This document shows positions 36,991 through 49,804 of a DNA stretch of 64,000 bases, one piece after another (position 1 is the stretch's first letter; every line of letters begins with the position of its first letter). The position numbers and the translations under genes are program-made. This DNA is from Chara braunii (Eukaryota; Plantae; Charophyceae), in assembly GCA_003427395.1 (NCBI GenBank), contig BFEA01000024.1:4617871-4681870 (forward strand), given 5' to 3'. The notes under the pieces were generated by a model. The model was given only the letters and a program-made list of their open reading frames with translations, had not been told where the DNA came from and ran no database searches.

Positions 36991-39202
36991 CAGTGCTTGC
37001 AATCTTTATGTATGTTGTGAACTGGACCCGACCCAAATCTGGTTTGCAAAAAAAACTACAACAATACCCAGCCCAAACTGCAAAAAACAATTATGGCCAG
37101 CTGTCCAAACTGGATAATGGGTTTTTGCAGATTTTCCAAACTGCACCCGGCTAGCAACCTGAAAAAATGCCCAACTCCACCCAGCCGGACCAGACCCCAG
37201 TTTTACGCCATTTTGGTCGACCAGACCCACCGTGAACTGCCACGAACCGCCTTTTTCCTTCTTAAATATGAAATATCAATATGACACTTTTCTTTTTTTT
37301 AATTCAACCTTGGTTCCCCCATAGATCTTTATTTGTTTTTCAAGTAACTCAAACATCATTGAGAAAGGCATTCATCATAGAAATTAGCACCCCGGGATAG
37401 TGGTCTTACCCATGGATGTTTTCATATTAAAAAAAAAAAAATGCAGATTTTTCAACTTCACGCAACTTCACCAGGGTTGTCGAGCCCCGGCCCCGGGGCC
37501 CCGGCGGGGGTCCGGGGGTCCGGGGTTGGGCACCCCCAACCCCGGCTCCAGACCACCCCGCAAAAAAAAAATCAAAAAAAAAAATAAAAAAATAAAAATA
37601 AAATAAAATAAAATAGTGGGGGGTGCGTAGCGAAAGCGCGCACCACATGGGCTAAACCCCAAAAATGGGGTNNNNNNNNNNNNNNNNNNNNNNNNNNNNN
37701 NNNNNNNNNNNNNNNNNNNNNNNNNNNNNNNNNNNNNNNNNNNNNNNNNNNNNNNNNNNNNNNNNNNNNNNNNNNNNNNNNNNNNNNNNNNNNNNNNNNN
37801 NNNNNNNNNNNNNNNNNNNNNNNNNNNNNNNNNNNNNNNNNNNNNNNNNNNNNNNNNNNNNNNNNNNNNNNNNNNNNNNNNNNNNNNNNNNNNNNNNNNN
37901 NNNNNNNNNNNNNNNNNNNNNNNNNNNNNNNNNNNNNNNNNNNNNNNNNNNNNNNNNNNNNNNNNNNNNNNNNNNNNNNNNNNNNNNNNNNNNNNNNNNN
38001 NNNNNNNNNNNNNNNNNNNNNNNNNNNNNNNNNNNNNNNNNNNNNNNNNNNNNNNNNNNNNNNNNNNNNNNNNNNNNNNNNNNNNNNNNNNNNNNNNNNN
38101 NNNNNNNNNNNNNNNNNNNNNNNNNNNNNNNNNNNNNNNNNNNNNNNNNNNNNNNNNNNNNNNNNNNNNNNNNNNNNNNNNNNNNNNNNNNNNNNNNNNN
38201 NNNNNNNNNNNNNNNNNNNNNNNNNNNNNNNNNNNNNNNNNNNNNNNNNNNNNNNNNNNNNNNNNNNNNNNNNNNNNNNNNNNNNNNNNNNNNNNNNNNN
38301 NNNNNNNNNNNNNNNNNNNNNNNNNNNNNNNNNNNNNNNNNNNNNNNNNNNNNNNNNNNNNNNNNNNNNNNNNNNNNNNNNNNNNNNNNNNNNNNNNNNN
38401 NNNNNNNNNNNNNNNNNNNNNNNNNNNNNNNNNNNNNNNNNNNNNNNNNNNNNNNNNNNNNNNNNNNNNNNNNNNNNNNNNNNNNNNNNNNNNNNNNNNN
38501 GGGTGAAACCCCTACCCCGGCTTGGGCCCCGGGGATCCCGGGGGGGGGGGGGGGGGGTTGGGTAGCCCCGCGGGGGGGTTCTGAGGGTGAAACCCCTACC
38601 CCGGCTTGGGCCCCGGGGATCCCCGCGTGACAACGCTGAACTTCACCCATCTCCAATGTCAGGATTGCGTGCTCAGGGGCTTCAAAACTTCAATTTTCAT
38701 CTGTCTGCTGCCACAAGGCCGTTTCCCGCCCCAATGACATTAAAGTGACACTCCAAAATCTCACTTGTAGCCCCCATGGAACCGAAGTGACAGACTCCAA
38801 CATACTACCGCCGCCCTGGAACTGCCTTCCGCAGGTCTTCAAAAAGTGAATGCATAGAGCTTTCATTTGGTCCAGGTACATTGATATTATTTTGTTGAAG
38901 TTCTTTTTGTTCCCGGCCTTGCATATTTTTCATTCAGCCCCGTATGGGCAGCGGCACAGGGCTCGAGTGGAAAATATGAGCCTATATATACACACACACA
39001 TATATACATATATATTGGCATAAGGCCTGTACGGCTGACCCGCACAAATTCCGCACCCAGCTGTGGCCTGCAGCTGGGTCATGCCACCACCTGGCTGAAC
39101 CCCAGTTGCACCTGCATGTCCCAAATCTGCCCCTGGACCGGGCCTGTCGGGTGCAGCTGGGCCGAGCGGGTTGCAGCCACGGCCACCTGATTGCAGGCAC
39201 TG
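36991..39202. mobile_element. Non-autonomous hAT-like DNA transposon (contains an assembly gap)
   Basis: TIRs CAGTGCTTGCAATC / CAGTGCCTGCAATC (13/14). 8-bp TSD CCTAGTGG at 36983-36990 and 39203-39210. No transposase in the sequenced part. Confidence 0.92.
37672..38500. other. Assembly gap (others at 29133-29142, 43245-43900, 55763-55837, 62778-63271)
   Basis: Runs of N. Confidence 1.
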
Positions 39203-39439
39203 CCTAGTGGATAGGGGGTTGTTGTCCACCCGTGGTTAATGGACCCCAGAAAATTCGCCGAACTGGACAGCGAAGCTTGTAAACGAAATGTTAGCGAATT
39301 CGTGGTTTTTAAACCTCAATTTGTGCTTTGTGTTCATGAAGACGGAATCCATGTTTGCGAATTCGTGGTTTTTGAAACCCGAAATGTCCATTAATGTGAT
39401 GAACAACTATCTAAAGCCAACCTAGTGTTCTTCGAAATT

Positions 39440-41935
39440 GTATCCAGGTGTACATTCGGGATTTTCGCTATTGAAATCGCACTTCGAGATTTCGGGATTT
39501 TACTTAGCCGTTTCTCAAAATTATATCCAGGCGTACGTTCGGGATTTCGCTACCGAAATCGCACTTCGGGATTTCGAGATTTTACTTAGTCATTTCTCGA
39601 AGTTATATTCGCACGTGCGTTCGGGATTTCGCTACAAAAATCGCACTTTGGGATTTCGAGATTTTACTTAGTCGTTTCTCGAAAAATTATATCCGAACGT
39701 ACGTTCAGGATTTTCGCTACTGAAATCTCACTTCGGGATTTCGGGATTTTACTTGGTCGTTTCTTGAAATATCCGCACGTGCATTCGGTATTTCGCTACT
39801 GAAATTGCACTTCAGGATTTCGGGATTTTACTCAGCCGTTTCTCGAAGTTATATCCGCACGTGTGTCGGAATTTTACTACCAAAATGACACTTCAGGATT
39901 TCGGGATTTTACTTAGCCGTTTCTCAAAGTTATATTCACACATGCGTTTGGGATTTCGCTACCGAAATCGCACTTAAGGATATCGAGATTTTACTCAGTC
40001 GTTTCTCGAAAAATTATATCCGAACGTACATTCGGGATTTTGCTACCGAAATCACACTTCGGGAGTTCGGGATTTTACTTAGTCATTTCTCGAAATTATA
40101 TCCAGCCGTATGTTCGGGATTTCGCTACTGAAATCGCACTTCGGGATTTCAGGATTTCACTTAGTCGTTTCTCGAAATTATATCCGAACATACGTTCGGG
40201 ATTTCGCTACTGAAATCGCACTTCGGGATTTCGGGATTTCACTCAGTCATTTCTTGAAGTTATATCCGCACGTGCGTCGGGATTTCGCTACCGAACTCAC
40301 ACGTCAGGATTTCGGGATTTTACTTAGTCGTTTCTCGAAGTTATATTCGCACGTGCGTTCGGGATTTCGCTATCGAAATCGCACTTCGGGATTTCGGGAT
40401 TTATCTTAGTGATTTCTCGAAGTTATATCCGCATGTGCGTTCGGGATTTTGCTACCGAAATCGCACTTCAAGATTTCACGATTTTACTTAGTCGTTTCTC
40501 GAAATTATATCCAACAGCACAATCGTCACCGCTCAGAAAAATCGCCACCACTCGGTGTTTCACTAGGGAAACACACTTCGGGATTTTCGAGATTCACTTA
40601 GTTAAATCCTGATGTTATATCCCCCTACGATTCGGTGTTTCGTCACCAAAACACACTTCGGGATTTTCGGGGTTTCCTTAGCTGTATCCCATTGTTAGAC
40701 CTCCCATAAATTCAGTGTTCCGTTACCGAAACACACTTCGGGGTTTTCGGGATTTACCTAGTTGTATTCCGATGGTTTATCCCCCTAAGATTCAGTGTTT
40801 TGTTACCGAAACACACTTCGGGATTTTCTGGATTCACTTTGTTAAATTCCAATGTTATATCCCCCTAAGATTCGGTGTTTTGCTTGCGAAACACACTTCG
40901 GGATTTTGGGGATTCACTTAGTTAAATCCTAATGTTATATCCCCCTAAGATTCGGTGTTTCGTCACCGAAACACACTTCGGGATTTTCGGGGTTTCCTTA
41001 GTTGTATCTCACTGTTAGACCTCCCAGAAATTCAGTGTTTCGTTACCGAAACATACTTTGGGGTTTTCGGGATTTACTTAGTTGTATTACGATGTTATAT
41101 CCCCATAAGATTCGGTGTTTCGTTACCGAAACACACTTCGGGATTTTCGGGATTGTCTTTGTTAAATTCCAATGTTATATCCCCCTAAGATTCAGTGTTT
41201 CGCTAGCGAAACGCACTTCGGGATTTTCGGGATTCACTTAGTTAAATCCTAATGTTATATCCCTCTGAGATTCGATGTTTTGTTACCGAAACACACTTCG
41301 GGATTTTCGGGGTTTCCTTAGTTCTATCCCACTATTACACCCCCCACAAATTCGGTGTTTCGTTACCGAAACACACTTCGAGATTTTCGGGATTTACTTA
41401 GTTGTATTCCGGTGTCATATCCCCCTAAGATTCGGTGTTTCGTCAACGAAACACACTTCTTGATTTTCGGGGTTTCCTTAGCTGTATCCCTGTGTTACAC
41501 CCCCCACAAATTCAGTGTTTCGTTATCTAAACACACTTCGGGGTTTTCGGGATTTACTTAGTTGTATTCCGATGTTATATCCCCATAAGATTCAGTGTTT
41601 CATTACCGAAACACATTTCGAGATTTTCGGGATTCACTTTGTTAAATTCCAATGTTATATCCCCCTAGGATTCGGTGTTTCGCTAGCGAAACGCACTTCG
41701 GGATTTTTGGGATTTACTTGGTTAAATCCTAATGCTATATCCCCCTAAGATTCGGTGTTTCGTTACCGAAACACACTTCGGGATTTTCGGGGTTTCCTTA
41801 GTTGTATCCCACTATTAGACCTCCCACAAATTCGGTGTTTCGTTATTGAAACACACTTCGGGGTTTTCGGGATTTACTTAGTTGTATTCCGATGTCATAT
41901 CCCCCTAAGATTCGGTGTTTCGTTAACGAAACACA
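39440..41935 (+). repeat. Left tandem arrays: ~82-bp units (39440-40510), then 80-bp units with a 4-mer (320-bp) higher-order period (40550-41935)
   Basis: Core TTCGGTGTTTCGTTACCGAAACACACTTCGGGATTTTCGGG recurs every 80 bp, with four cycling variants. Confidence 0.95.
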
Positions 41936-42016
41936 CTAAGGGTGTAGGGGGAAGGAAGTGGACGTAATGGCAGAGGAGAAGTTTGGTGCGGTGGCAGGTT
42001 GGACAGATCACCTCTT

Positions 42017-42082
<66 letters not shown>

Positions 42083-44309
42083 TCTATCTATTTATCTATC
42101 TATCTATCTATTTATCTGCGTGTGTGTGTGTGTGTGTGTATGTGGCAAATATAAAGCACTAAAATCAAAGATGTGTCTTTGTTGCTAACTTTTGTTTTTC
42201 ATATTTTCTCTCTGTATGCGCATGTATGTGAATTTTGTTTGGGACAGTGATGTACGTTATCAACTGCCAAGCAAGAACCTGTCACACAAAATGTCATGAC
42301 TTCTCGTGTCAAGGTGAGTTGTATTATGCATTGGAGGCATCTATGATGTCAGCAACCTATCATCTTATTACGCTTAATCACTGTGCTTGATGTCAGAATA
42401 ATCCATTTACGGGTGTTCAGATTTTAACCATGCAATGTGTTCAGTCCTCTCTTTTCATTTTCGGTGTTTTTTTTATGTATTTCTCTTTTGCAGGTTTTGT
42501 TTCAGATAAAATTAATGTTCCTCATCAATGTTTCGAGATATTTCCGGACGATAAGATCCGTACTACTGTATGACCTTCCACTTTTTCATGATTCTCTTAA
42601 AAAAAAGGAAAACAACGTATATTACTAAGCTATCGGCGGGGCCGGCCGGGACACCTTGTTTTCCAGGGCGCCCCGGCCGTGCAAGGGCCCAGAAAAAAAA
42701 ACCCAAAAAACACTAGTTATGTGTAAATATAAACTGAACAACTTTTGCCTTAGGGTCATATCCAAAATTTTTACCAAATTTAAAATAAAAAATAAAAAGT
42801 AAAAAAATATATTTTATTTTATTTTTATCACGGTTACGTTAGACCTGGATACCGGACCAGCCTTGACGTCCAGATCGTAACCATGATTGTTATTATATAT
42901 ACATATTTTTTGACCCGGCTGTGCAAGTGGTCTTGGGCCACTCTGGTAGCCTATGTATATTATCATTTTGGTGCCATTTGTCCAACTTCAATATGCTTGT
43001 GAAATACTAGAACGTAGCAGTCAGATTTTTTTGCACCTCATGGATTTAGCAGTATGAAACAAGTCTCTTTGAGAGACTTATTTGTTCATGTTCTTTTTAT
43101 TCTCCGTACTTTGTCCTGATGTATGTGGCAGGTGTCCCGACTTCAACATCAATAGAAACTTCGTGATGTCGTGCTTCACAGATGCCTGAGGGACGAGAGG
43201 TTGACGAGCATAGATGGAGATAAACATCTCCATTGCAATTCACANNNNNNNNNNNNNNNNNNNNNNNNNNNNNNNNNNNNNNNNNNNNNNNNNNNNNNNN
43301 NNNNNNNNNNNNNNNNNNNNNNNNNNNNNNNNNNNNNNNNNNNNNNNNNNNNNNNNNNNNNNNNNNNNNNNNNNNNNNNNNNNNNNNNNNNNNNNNNNNN
43401 NNNNNNNNNNNNNNNNNNNNNNNNNNNNNNNNNNNNNNNNNNNNNNNNNNNNNNNNNNNNNNNNNNNNNNNNNNNNNNNNNNNNNNNNNNNNNNNNNNNN
43501 NNNNNNNNNNNNNNNNNNNNNNNNNNNNNNNNNNNNNNNNNNNNNNNNNNNNNNNNNNNNNNNNNNNNNNNNNNNNNNNNNNNNNNNNNNNNNNNNNNNN
43601 NNNNNNNNNNNNNNNNNNNNNNNNNNNNNNNNNNNNNNNNNNNNNNNNNNNNNNNNNNNNNNNNNNNNNNNNNNNNNNNNNNNNNNNNNNNNNNNNNNNN
43701 NNNNNNNNNNNNNNNNNNNNNNNNNNNNNNNNNNNNNNNNNNNNNNNNNNNNNNNNNNNNNNNNNNNNNNNNNNNNNNNNNNNNNNNNNNNNNNNNNNNN
43801 NNNNNNNNNNNNNNNNNNNNNNNNNNNNNNNNNNNNNNNNNNNNNNNNNNNNNNNNNNNNNNNNNNNNNNNNNNNNNNNNNNNNNNNNNNNNNNNNNNNN
43901 ATTTGCTACACACACTGATTGAGACGTGGTTGTTGAAGACATCGCTGCAACAATCATTCCTGTTGTTGCAAGTAATGTTGCGATAAGATATGTTGCAGAC
44001 ACTTCTTTCCAACCTGAGCTGATTGACACTAACCGAATTTTGTGTTTTCAAAATTGTTTAATTTTTTTATTTTGAGTTGTTTGTGTGTTTTTCCTCCCCC
44101 CTCCCACGAAATCTTCGAGTTTTTTTATTTTTTTTTCGTTTAATATTTTCGAATAAATTAATTGTTTGTTTTTTTATTTTGAGCTGTTTGATCAAGTTTT
44201 TCATCTTCAGTTATTTGTGTGTTTTTCCTCCCACCCCCACCAAATCTTCGAGCTTTTTTTTTTTTTTCGTTCAATCTTTCTAATAAATTAATCTTGATAT
44301 AAAATCGGA

Positions 44310-47300
44310 ATACAACTCAGTAAATCCTGAAAACCCCAAAGTGTGTTTTGGTACTGAAACACCGAATTTGTGGGGGGTCTAAAAGTGGGATACAACCTCT
44401 AAACTTTTCGAACGCAAACGTAAAAATATTATTAAAAAAAAAAACAATTCTCAAAGAAATATGAAAAAAATTATGTGTGATATAAAATAATAATACAAAC
44501 AACTTTGCGTAACCAAACTCGAGTTAAAAATCAAAAACAAAAAAAAAACATTTTTTTTTTTTTTTTTTTAATATGTTCGGTCGAACACTTTTGGGTGGCG
44601 TTCGGCCGAACACCCGAACATGTTCGGACGTTCGGAAAAGCTCCGAACATGTTCGGTGTGCTACACAGGATACAACTAAGGAAATCCCGAAAATCCCGAA
44701 GTGTGTTTCGGTAACGAAACACTGAATCTTAGGGGGATATGACATTAGGATTTAACTAAGTATAATACAAAAATCCCGAAGTGCGTTTTCATAAGGAAAC
44801 ACCGAATTTTAGGGGGATATGACATTGGAATTTAACGAAGTAAATCCCGAAAACCGAGAAGTATGTTTCTGTAACGAAACACCGAATTTATAGGGGGTCT
44901 AACAGTGGGATACAACTAAGGAGACCCCGAATATCCCGAACTGTGTTTCGGTAACGAAACACCGAATCTCAGGGGGATATGACATTAGGATTTAACTAAG
45001 TATATCACGAAAATCCCGAAGGGCGTTTCCGTAAGGAAATACCTAATTTTAAGGTGATATGACATTGGAATTTAACAAAGTGAACCCCGAAAATCCCGAA
45101 GTGTGTTTCGGTAACGAAACACGAATCTTAGGGGGATATAACATCGGAATACAACTAAGTAAATCCCGAAAACCGCGAAGTGTGTTTCGGTAACGAAACA
45201 CCGAATTTGTGGGGGGTCTAACAGTGGGATAGAACTAAGGAAACCCCGAAAATCCCGAGGTGTGTTTCGGTAACGAAACACAGAATCTCAAGGAGATATA
45301 ACATTAGGACTTAAGTAAGTATATCACGAAAATCTAGAAGTGCGTTTCACTAGCGAAACACCGAATCTTAGGGGGATATGAGATCGAAATACAACTAAGT
45401 AAATCCTGAAAACCCTGAAGTGTATTTCGGTAAAGAAATACCGAATTTCTGGGGGGTTCAACAGTGGGATACAGCTAAGGAAACCCTGAAAATCCCGAAG
45501 TGTGTTTCGTTAACGAAACACTTAATCTCAGTGGGATATAACATAAGGATTTAACTAAGTATATCACGAAAATCCCGAATTGCGTTTCGCTAGCGAAACA
45601 CCGAATCATAGGGGTATATGACATTGGAATTTAACAAAGTGAATCTTGAAAATACCGAAGTGTGTTTTCTTAACGAAACACCGAATCTTAGGGGGATATG
45701 ACATCGAAATACAACTACGTAAATCCCGAAAACCCTGAAGTGTTTTTCGGTAACGAAACACGGAATTTGCGGGGGGTCTAATAGTGGGATATAACTAAGA
45801 AAACCCCGAAAATCTCGAAGTGTGTTTCAGTGACGAAACACCGAATCTGAGGGGAATATAACATTAGGATTTAACTAAGTGAATCCTGAAAATTCCGAAG
45901 TGCGTTTCCTTAGCGAAACACCGAATCTTAGGGGGATATAACATTGGAATTTAGCAAAGTGAATCCCGAAAATCCCGAAGTGTGTTTCGGTAACGAAACA
46001 CCGAATCTTAGGGGCATATAACATCGGAATACAACTAAGTAAATTATGAAAACCCCGAAGTGTGTTTCGGTAACGAAACACCGAATTTATGGGGGGTCTA
46101 AGAGTGGGATAGAACAAACGAAACCTTGAAAATCCGGAAGTGCGTTTCGGTAACGAAACACCGAATATCAAGGGGATATAACATTAGGATTTAACTAAGT
46201 GTATCACATCCCGAAGTGTGTTTCACCAGCGAAACACCGAATCCTAGGGGGATATGACATTGGAATTTAACAAAGTGAATCCCGAAAATCCCGAATTGTG
46301 TTTCGTTAACGAAACACCAAATCTTAGGGGGATATGACATCAGAATACAACTAAGTAAATCCTGAAAACCCCGAAGGGTGTTTCGGTAACGAAACACCGA
46401 ATTTATGGGGGATCTAATAGTGGGATAGAACAAAGGAAACCCCGAAAATCCCGAAGTGTCTTTCGATAACGAAACACCGAATCTCAAGGGGATATAACAT
46501 TAGTATTTAACGAAGTGAATCCTGAAAATCCTGAAGTGTGTTTCACTAGCGAAACACTAAATCGTTGGGGTATATAACATTGAAATTTAATAAAGTGAAT
46601 CTCAAAAATCCCGAACTGTGTTTCGGTAACGAAACATCGAATCTTAGAGGGATATAACATCGGAATAAAACTAAGTAAATCCCGAAAACCCCGAAGTGTG
46701 TTTCGGTGACGAAACATAGAATTTATGGGGGGTGTAAGAGTGGGATAGAACAAAGGAAACCTCGAAAATCGTGAAGTACGTTTCGGTAGCGAAATACCGA
46801 ATCTCAGGGGTATATAACATTAGGATTTAATTAAGTATATCACGAAAATCCCGAAGTGTGTTTCACTAGCGAAGCACCGAATCCTCGGGGGATATGACAT
46901 TGGAATTTAACAAAGTGAATCCCGAAAATCCCGAAATATGTTTCGTTAAAGAAACACCGAATCTTAGGGGGATGTGACATCGGAATACAACTAAGTAAAT
47001 CCCAAAAATACCGAAGTGTGTGTCGGTAACGAAACACTGAATTTGTAGGGGGTCTAAAAGTGGGATAGAACTAAGGAAACCCCCAAAATCCCGAAGTGTG
47101 TTTCGGTAACGAAACACCGAGTCTGAGGGGGATATAACATTAGGATTTAATTAAGTGAATCCCGAAAATTCTGAAGTGCGTTTCGCTAGTGAAACACCGA
47201 ATCTTAGGGGGGTATAAGATTGGAATTCAACAAAGTGAATCCTGAAAAACCCGAAGTGTGTTTTGGTAACGAAACACCGAATTTATGGGGGGTCTGACAA

Positions 47301-48780
47301 TGGGATAGAACAAAGGAAACTTCGAAAATCCCGAAGTGCATTTCGGTAATGAAACACCGAATCTCAGGGGGATATAACATTAGGATTTAACTAAGTATAT
47401 CACGAAAATCCTGAAGTGCGTTTCGCTAGCGAAACACCGAATCCTAGGGGGATATGACATTAGAATTTAACAAAGTGAATCCCGAAAATCCCGAAGTGTG
47501 TTTCGTTAACGAAACACCGAATCTTAGGGGGATATCACATCGAAATACGACTAAGTAAATCCCGAAAACCCCGAAGGGTGTTTCGGTAACGAAACACCAA
47601 ATTTATGGGGGGTCTAATAGTGGAATAGAACAAAGGGAACCCCGAAAATCTCGAAGTGTGTTTCGGTAACGAAACACCGAATCTCAAGGGGATATAACAT
47701 TAGGATTTAACCAAGTGAATCCCGAAAATCCTGAAGTGCGTTTCTCTAGCGAAACACCGAATCTTTGGGGGATATAACATCGGAATTTAACAAAGTGAAT
47801 CCTGAAAATCCCGAACTGTGTTTCGGTAACGAAACATCGAATCTTACGGGGATATAACATCGAAATACAACTAAGTAAATCCCGAAAACCTCGAAGTGTG
47901 TTTCGGTAACGAAACACCGAATTTATAGGGGGTGTGACAGTGGGATAAAATAAAGAAACCCCCGAAAATCCCGAAGTGTGTTCCAGTAATGAAACGCCGA
48001 ATTTCAAGGGGGTATAATATTAGGATTTAACTAAGTGAATATTGAAAATCCCGAAGTGCGTTTCGCTAGCGAAACACCGAATCTTAAGGGGATATAACAT
48101 TGGAATTTAACAAAGTGAATCCCGAAAATCCCGAAGTGTGTTTCTGTAACGAAACACCGAATCTGAGGATTTAACATCGGAATACAACTAAGTAAATCCC
48201 GAAAACCCCGAAGTGTGTTTCGGTAACGAAACACTGAATTTGTGGGGGGTCTGAGAGTGAGATACAGGTAAGGAAACCCCGAAAATCCCGAAGTGTGTTT
48301 CGGTAACGAAACACCGAATCTCAGGGGGATATAACATTATGATTTAACTAAGTGAATCACGAAAATCCCAAAGTGCGTTTCGCTAGCGAAACACCGAATC
48401 TTAAGGGGATATAAGTTCATATAACATTGAAATTTAACAAAGTGAATCCCGAAAATTCCGAAGTGTGTTTCGATAACGAAACACCGAATCTTATGGGAAT
48501 ATAACATCGGAATACAACTAAGTAAATCCCGAAAACCCCGAAGTGTGTTTCGGTAACGAAACACTGAATTTGTGGGGGGTCTAACGGTGGGGTACAGCTA
48601 AGGAAACCCCGAAAATCCCGAAGTGTCTTTCGGTAAGGAAACACCGAATCTCAGGGGGATATAACATTAGGATTTAATTAAGTGAATCACGAAAATCCCG
48701 AAGTGCGTTTCGCTTGCGAAACACCGAATCCGCCTAGATATAAAAACTAAAAAACGACTAAGTAAAACCCGAAGTGTATG
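44310..48780 (-). repeat. Right tandem array of the same 80-bp family in inverted orientation
   Basis: CCCGAAAATCCCGAAGTGTGTTTCGGTAACGAAACACCGAA is the reverse complement of the left core. Roughly 50 units. Confidence 0.95.
44397..44667. mobile_element. 271-bp insertion with 9-bp TSD (MULE-like TSD length) inside a satellite unit
   Basis: GGATACAAC at 44388-44396 and 44668-44676. Removal restores GTGGGATACAACTAAGGAAA. The right end is rich in CCGAACATGTTCGG palindromes. Confidence 0.7.
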
Positions 48781-48884
48781 ATCACTCAATGGATATGTTT
48801 ACCTTTGGTCTACCACATAGAGGACTCTATTCGTTATATATTCGGTGAAAAATATAAGGTCTATTAACCTTTTGTCATGTTGTC

Positions 48885-49740
48885 GGAGGTGGATAGGTGC
48901 GTAATGTTTATGTTGCACCTACCCGAGGAGAAAAGGAAGGAGGTCCTCGGAAATGCCCCAAGAGACTCTGTCAATTTCGAAAAAGTCGCCGAAGTGGTCT
49001 TCACGGGGGAGGAGTGGACGTAAGAGAATACATGAAAGAAACCCTGGACATGACGCTCCGTAATGTCCGCCACGCACGGAACGATGGCCCTAGGGGGAAT
49101 GATAGGCCACCCCCTGGTCCACTTGGTCCACCTGGTCCATGATGGGGAAAACGGCAAACGGGATGGAGAAATGAGTCGGGAAACCAAGGAGGCTGGAGAA
49201 ATGATCGAGAGATGGGAGGAAAACGAGGCCCCGATTGAGTGAATTCTCATTGGAAGGACGCTAGAGATGGAAGGTGGGGAGACACGCCTCAAGTTAGGGT
49301 CATTGGGGCGCGACCTGAGGTCAGGGCTCCCCCACGACCTGCACCGCCGGCTCCCCCTGTGCCTATAGCCGCTGCGATGCAAGGGGGTCCGCGCCCCAAC
49401 AACCTGCAAGCTCGAAGCGGGTGTGTTTACTACAATGAAGAAAGTCACATCAAAAGGGACTGTCCTCTTCTCACGGAGGCCTTAAGGTTGGGGGTGGTCA
49501 AGCTAAATGAAAACAAATGGGTTGAATGGGGAGATGGTGGAGAGGCGGTCTCCTTCTACCCGTCAATGAAGGTGAATGCGGACAAGAGAATAGCCCTCCA
49601 GGAGGCGAGGCTGGGGAAGAACCTGAAACTGGGGGCACCTCCAACTCGTCCCATGTCGAAATGACGGAATCCCCAGGAGGTGTGTCCATTAGGGAACCCC
49701 AGGTGTCCAGCATCAAGTTCGTTGAGACCCAGCCTTAAGA
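48885..49740 (+). pseudogene. gag, 3' part with degenerate CCHC zinc knuckle
   Basis: EVDRCVMFMLHLPEEKRKEVLG continues the 5' part. CVYYNEESHIKRDC matches CX2CX4HX4C with one C-to-Y change. Confidence 0.8.
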
Positions 49741-49804
49741 AGAGGGGCCTTGCCTAAGGGTAAAAACACAGGCTGGGTCCGAGACGTCTAAAAGCCAAGA
49801 GAAC

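Larger units (their letters stand above)
39227..48877. mobile_element. Foldback-like DNA element (~9.65 kb) with inverted satellite arms
   Basis: TSD TGTTGTC at 39220-39226 and 48878-48884. Imperfect terminal IRs (GGTTAATGGACC...TTCGCCGAA vs GGTTAATAGACC...TTCACCGAA). Excision restores the gag frame. Confidence 0.85.

Noticed and set aside
37572-44051. Long X-filled ORFs
   Set aside because: Artefacts of N gaps (the same applies at 55558-56395 and 62252-63431).
40110-48644. Many short MFRYRNTLR... ORFs
   Set aside because: By-products of the 80-bp repeat.
39440-48780. CRISPR-like array (regular palindromic repeats)
   Set aside because: The intervening sequences are cyclic variants of each other, not unique spacers. 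There are no cas genes and the context is eukaryotic. It is a satellite.
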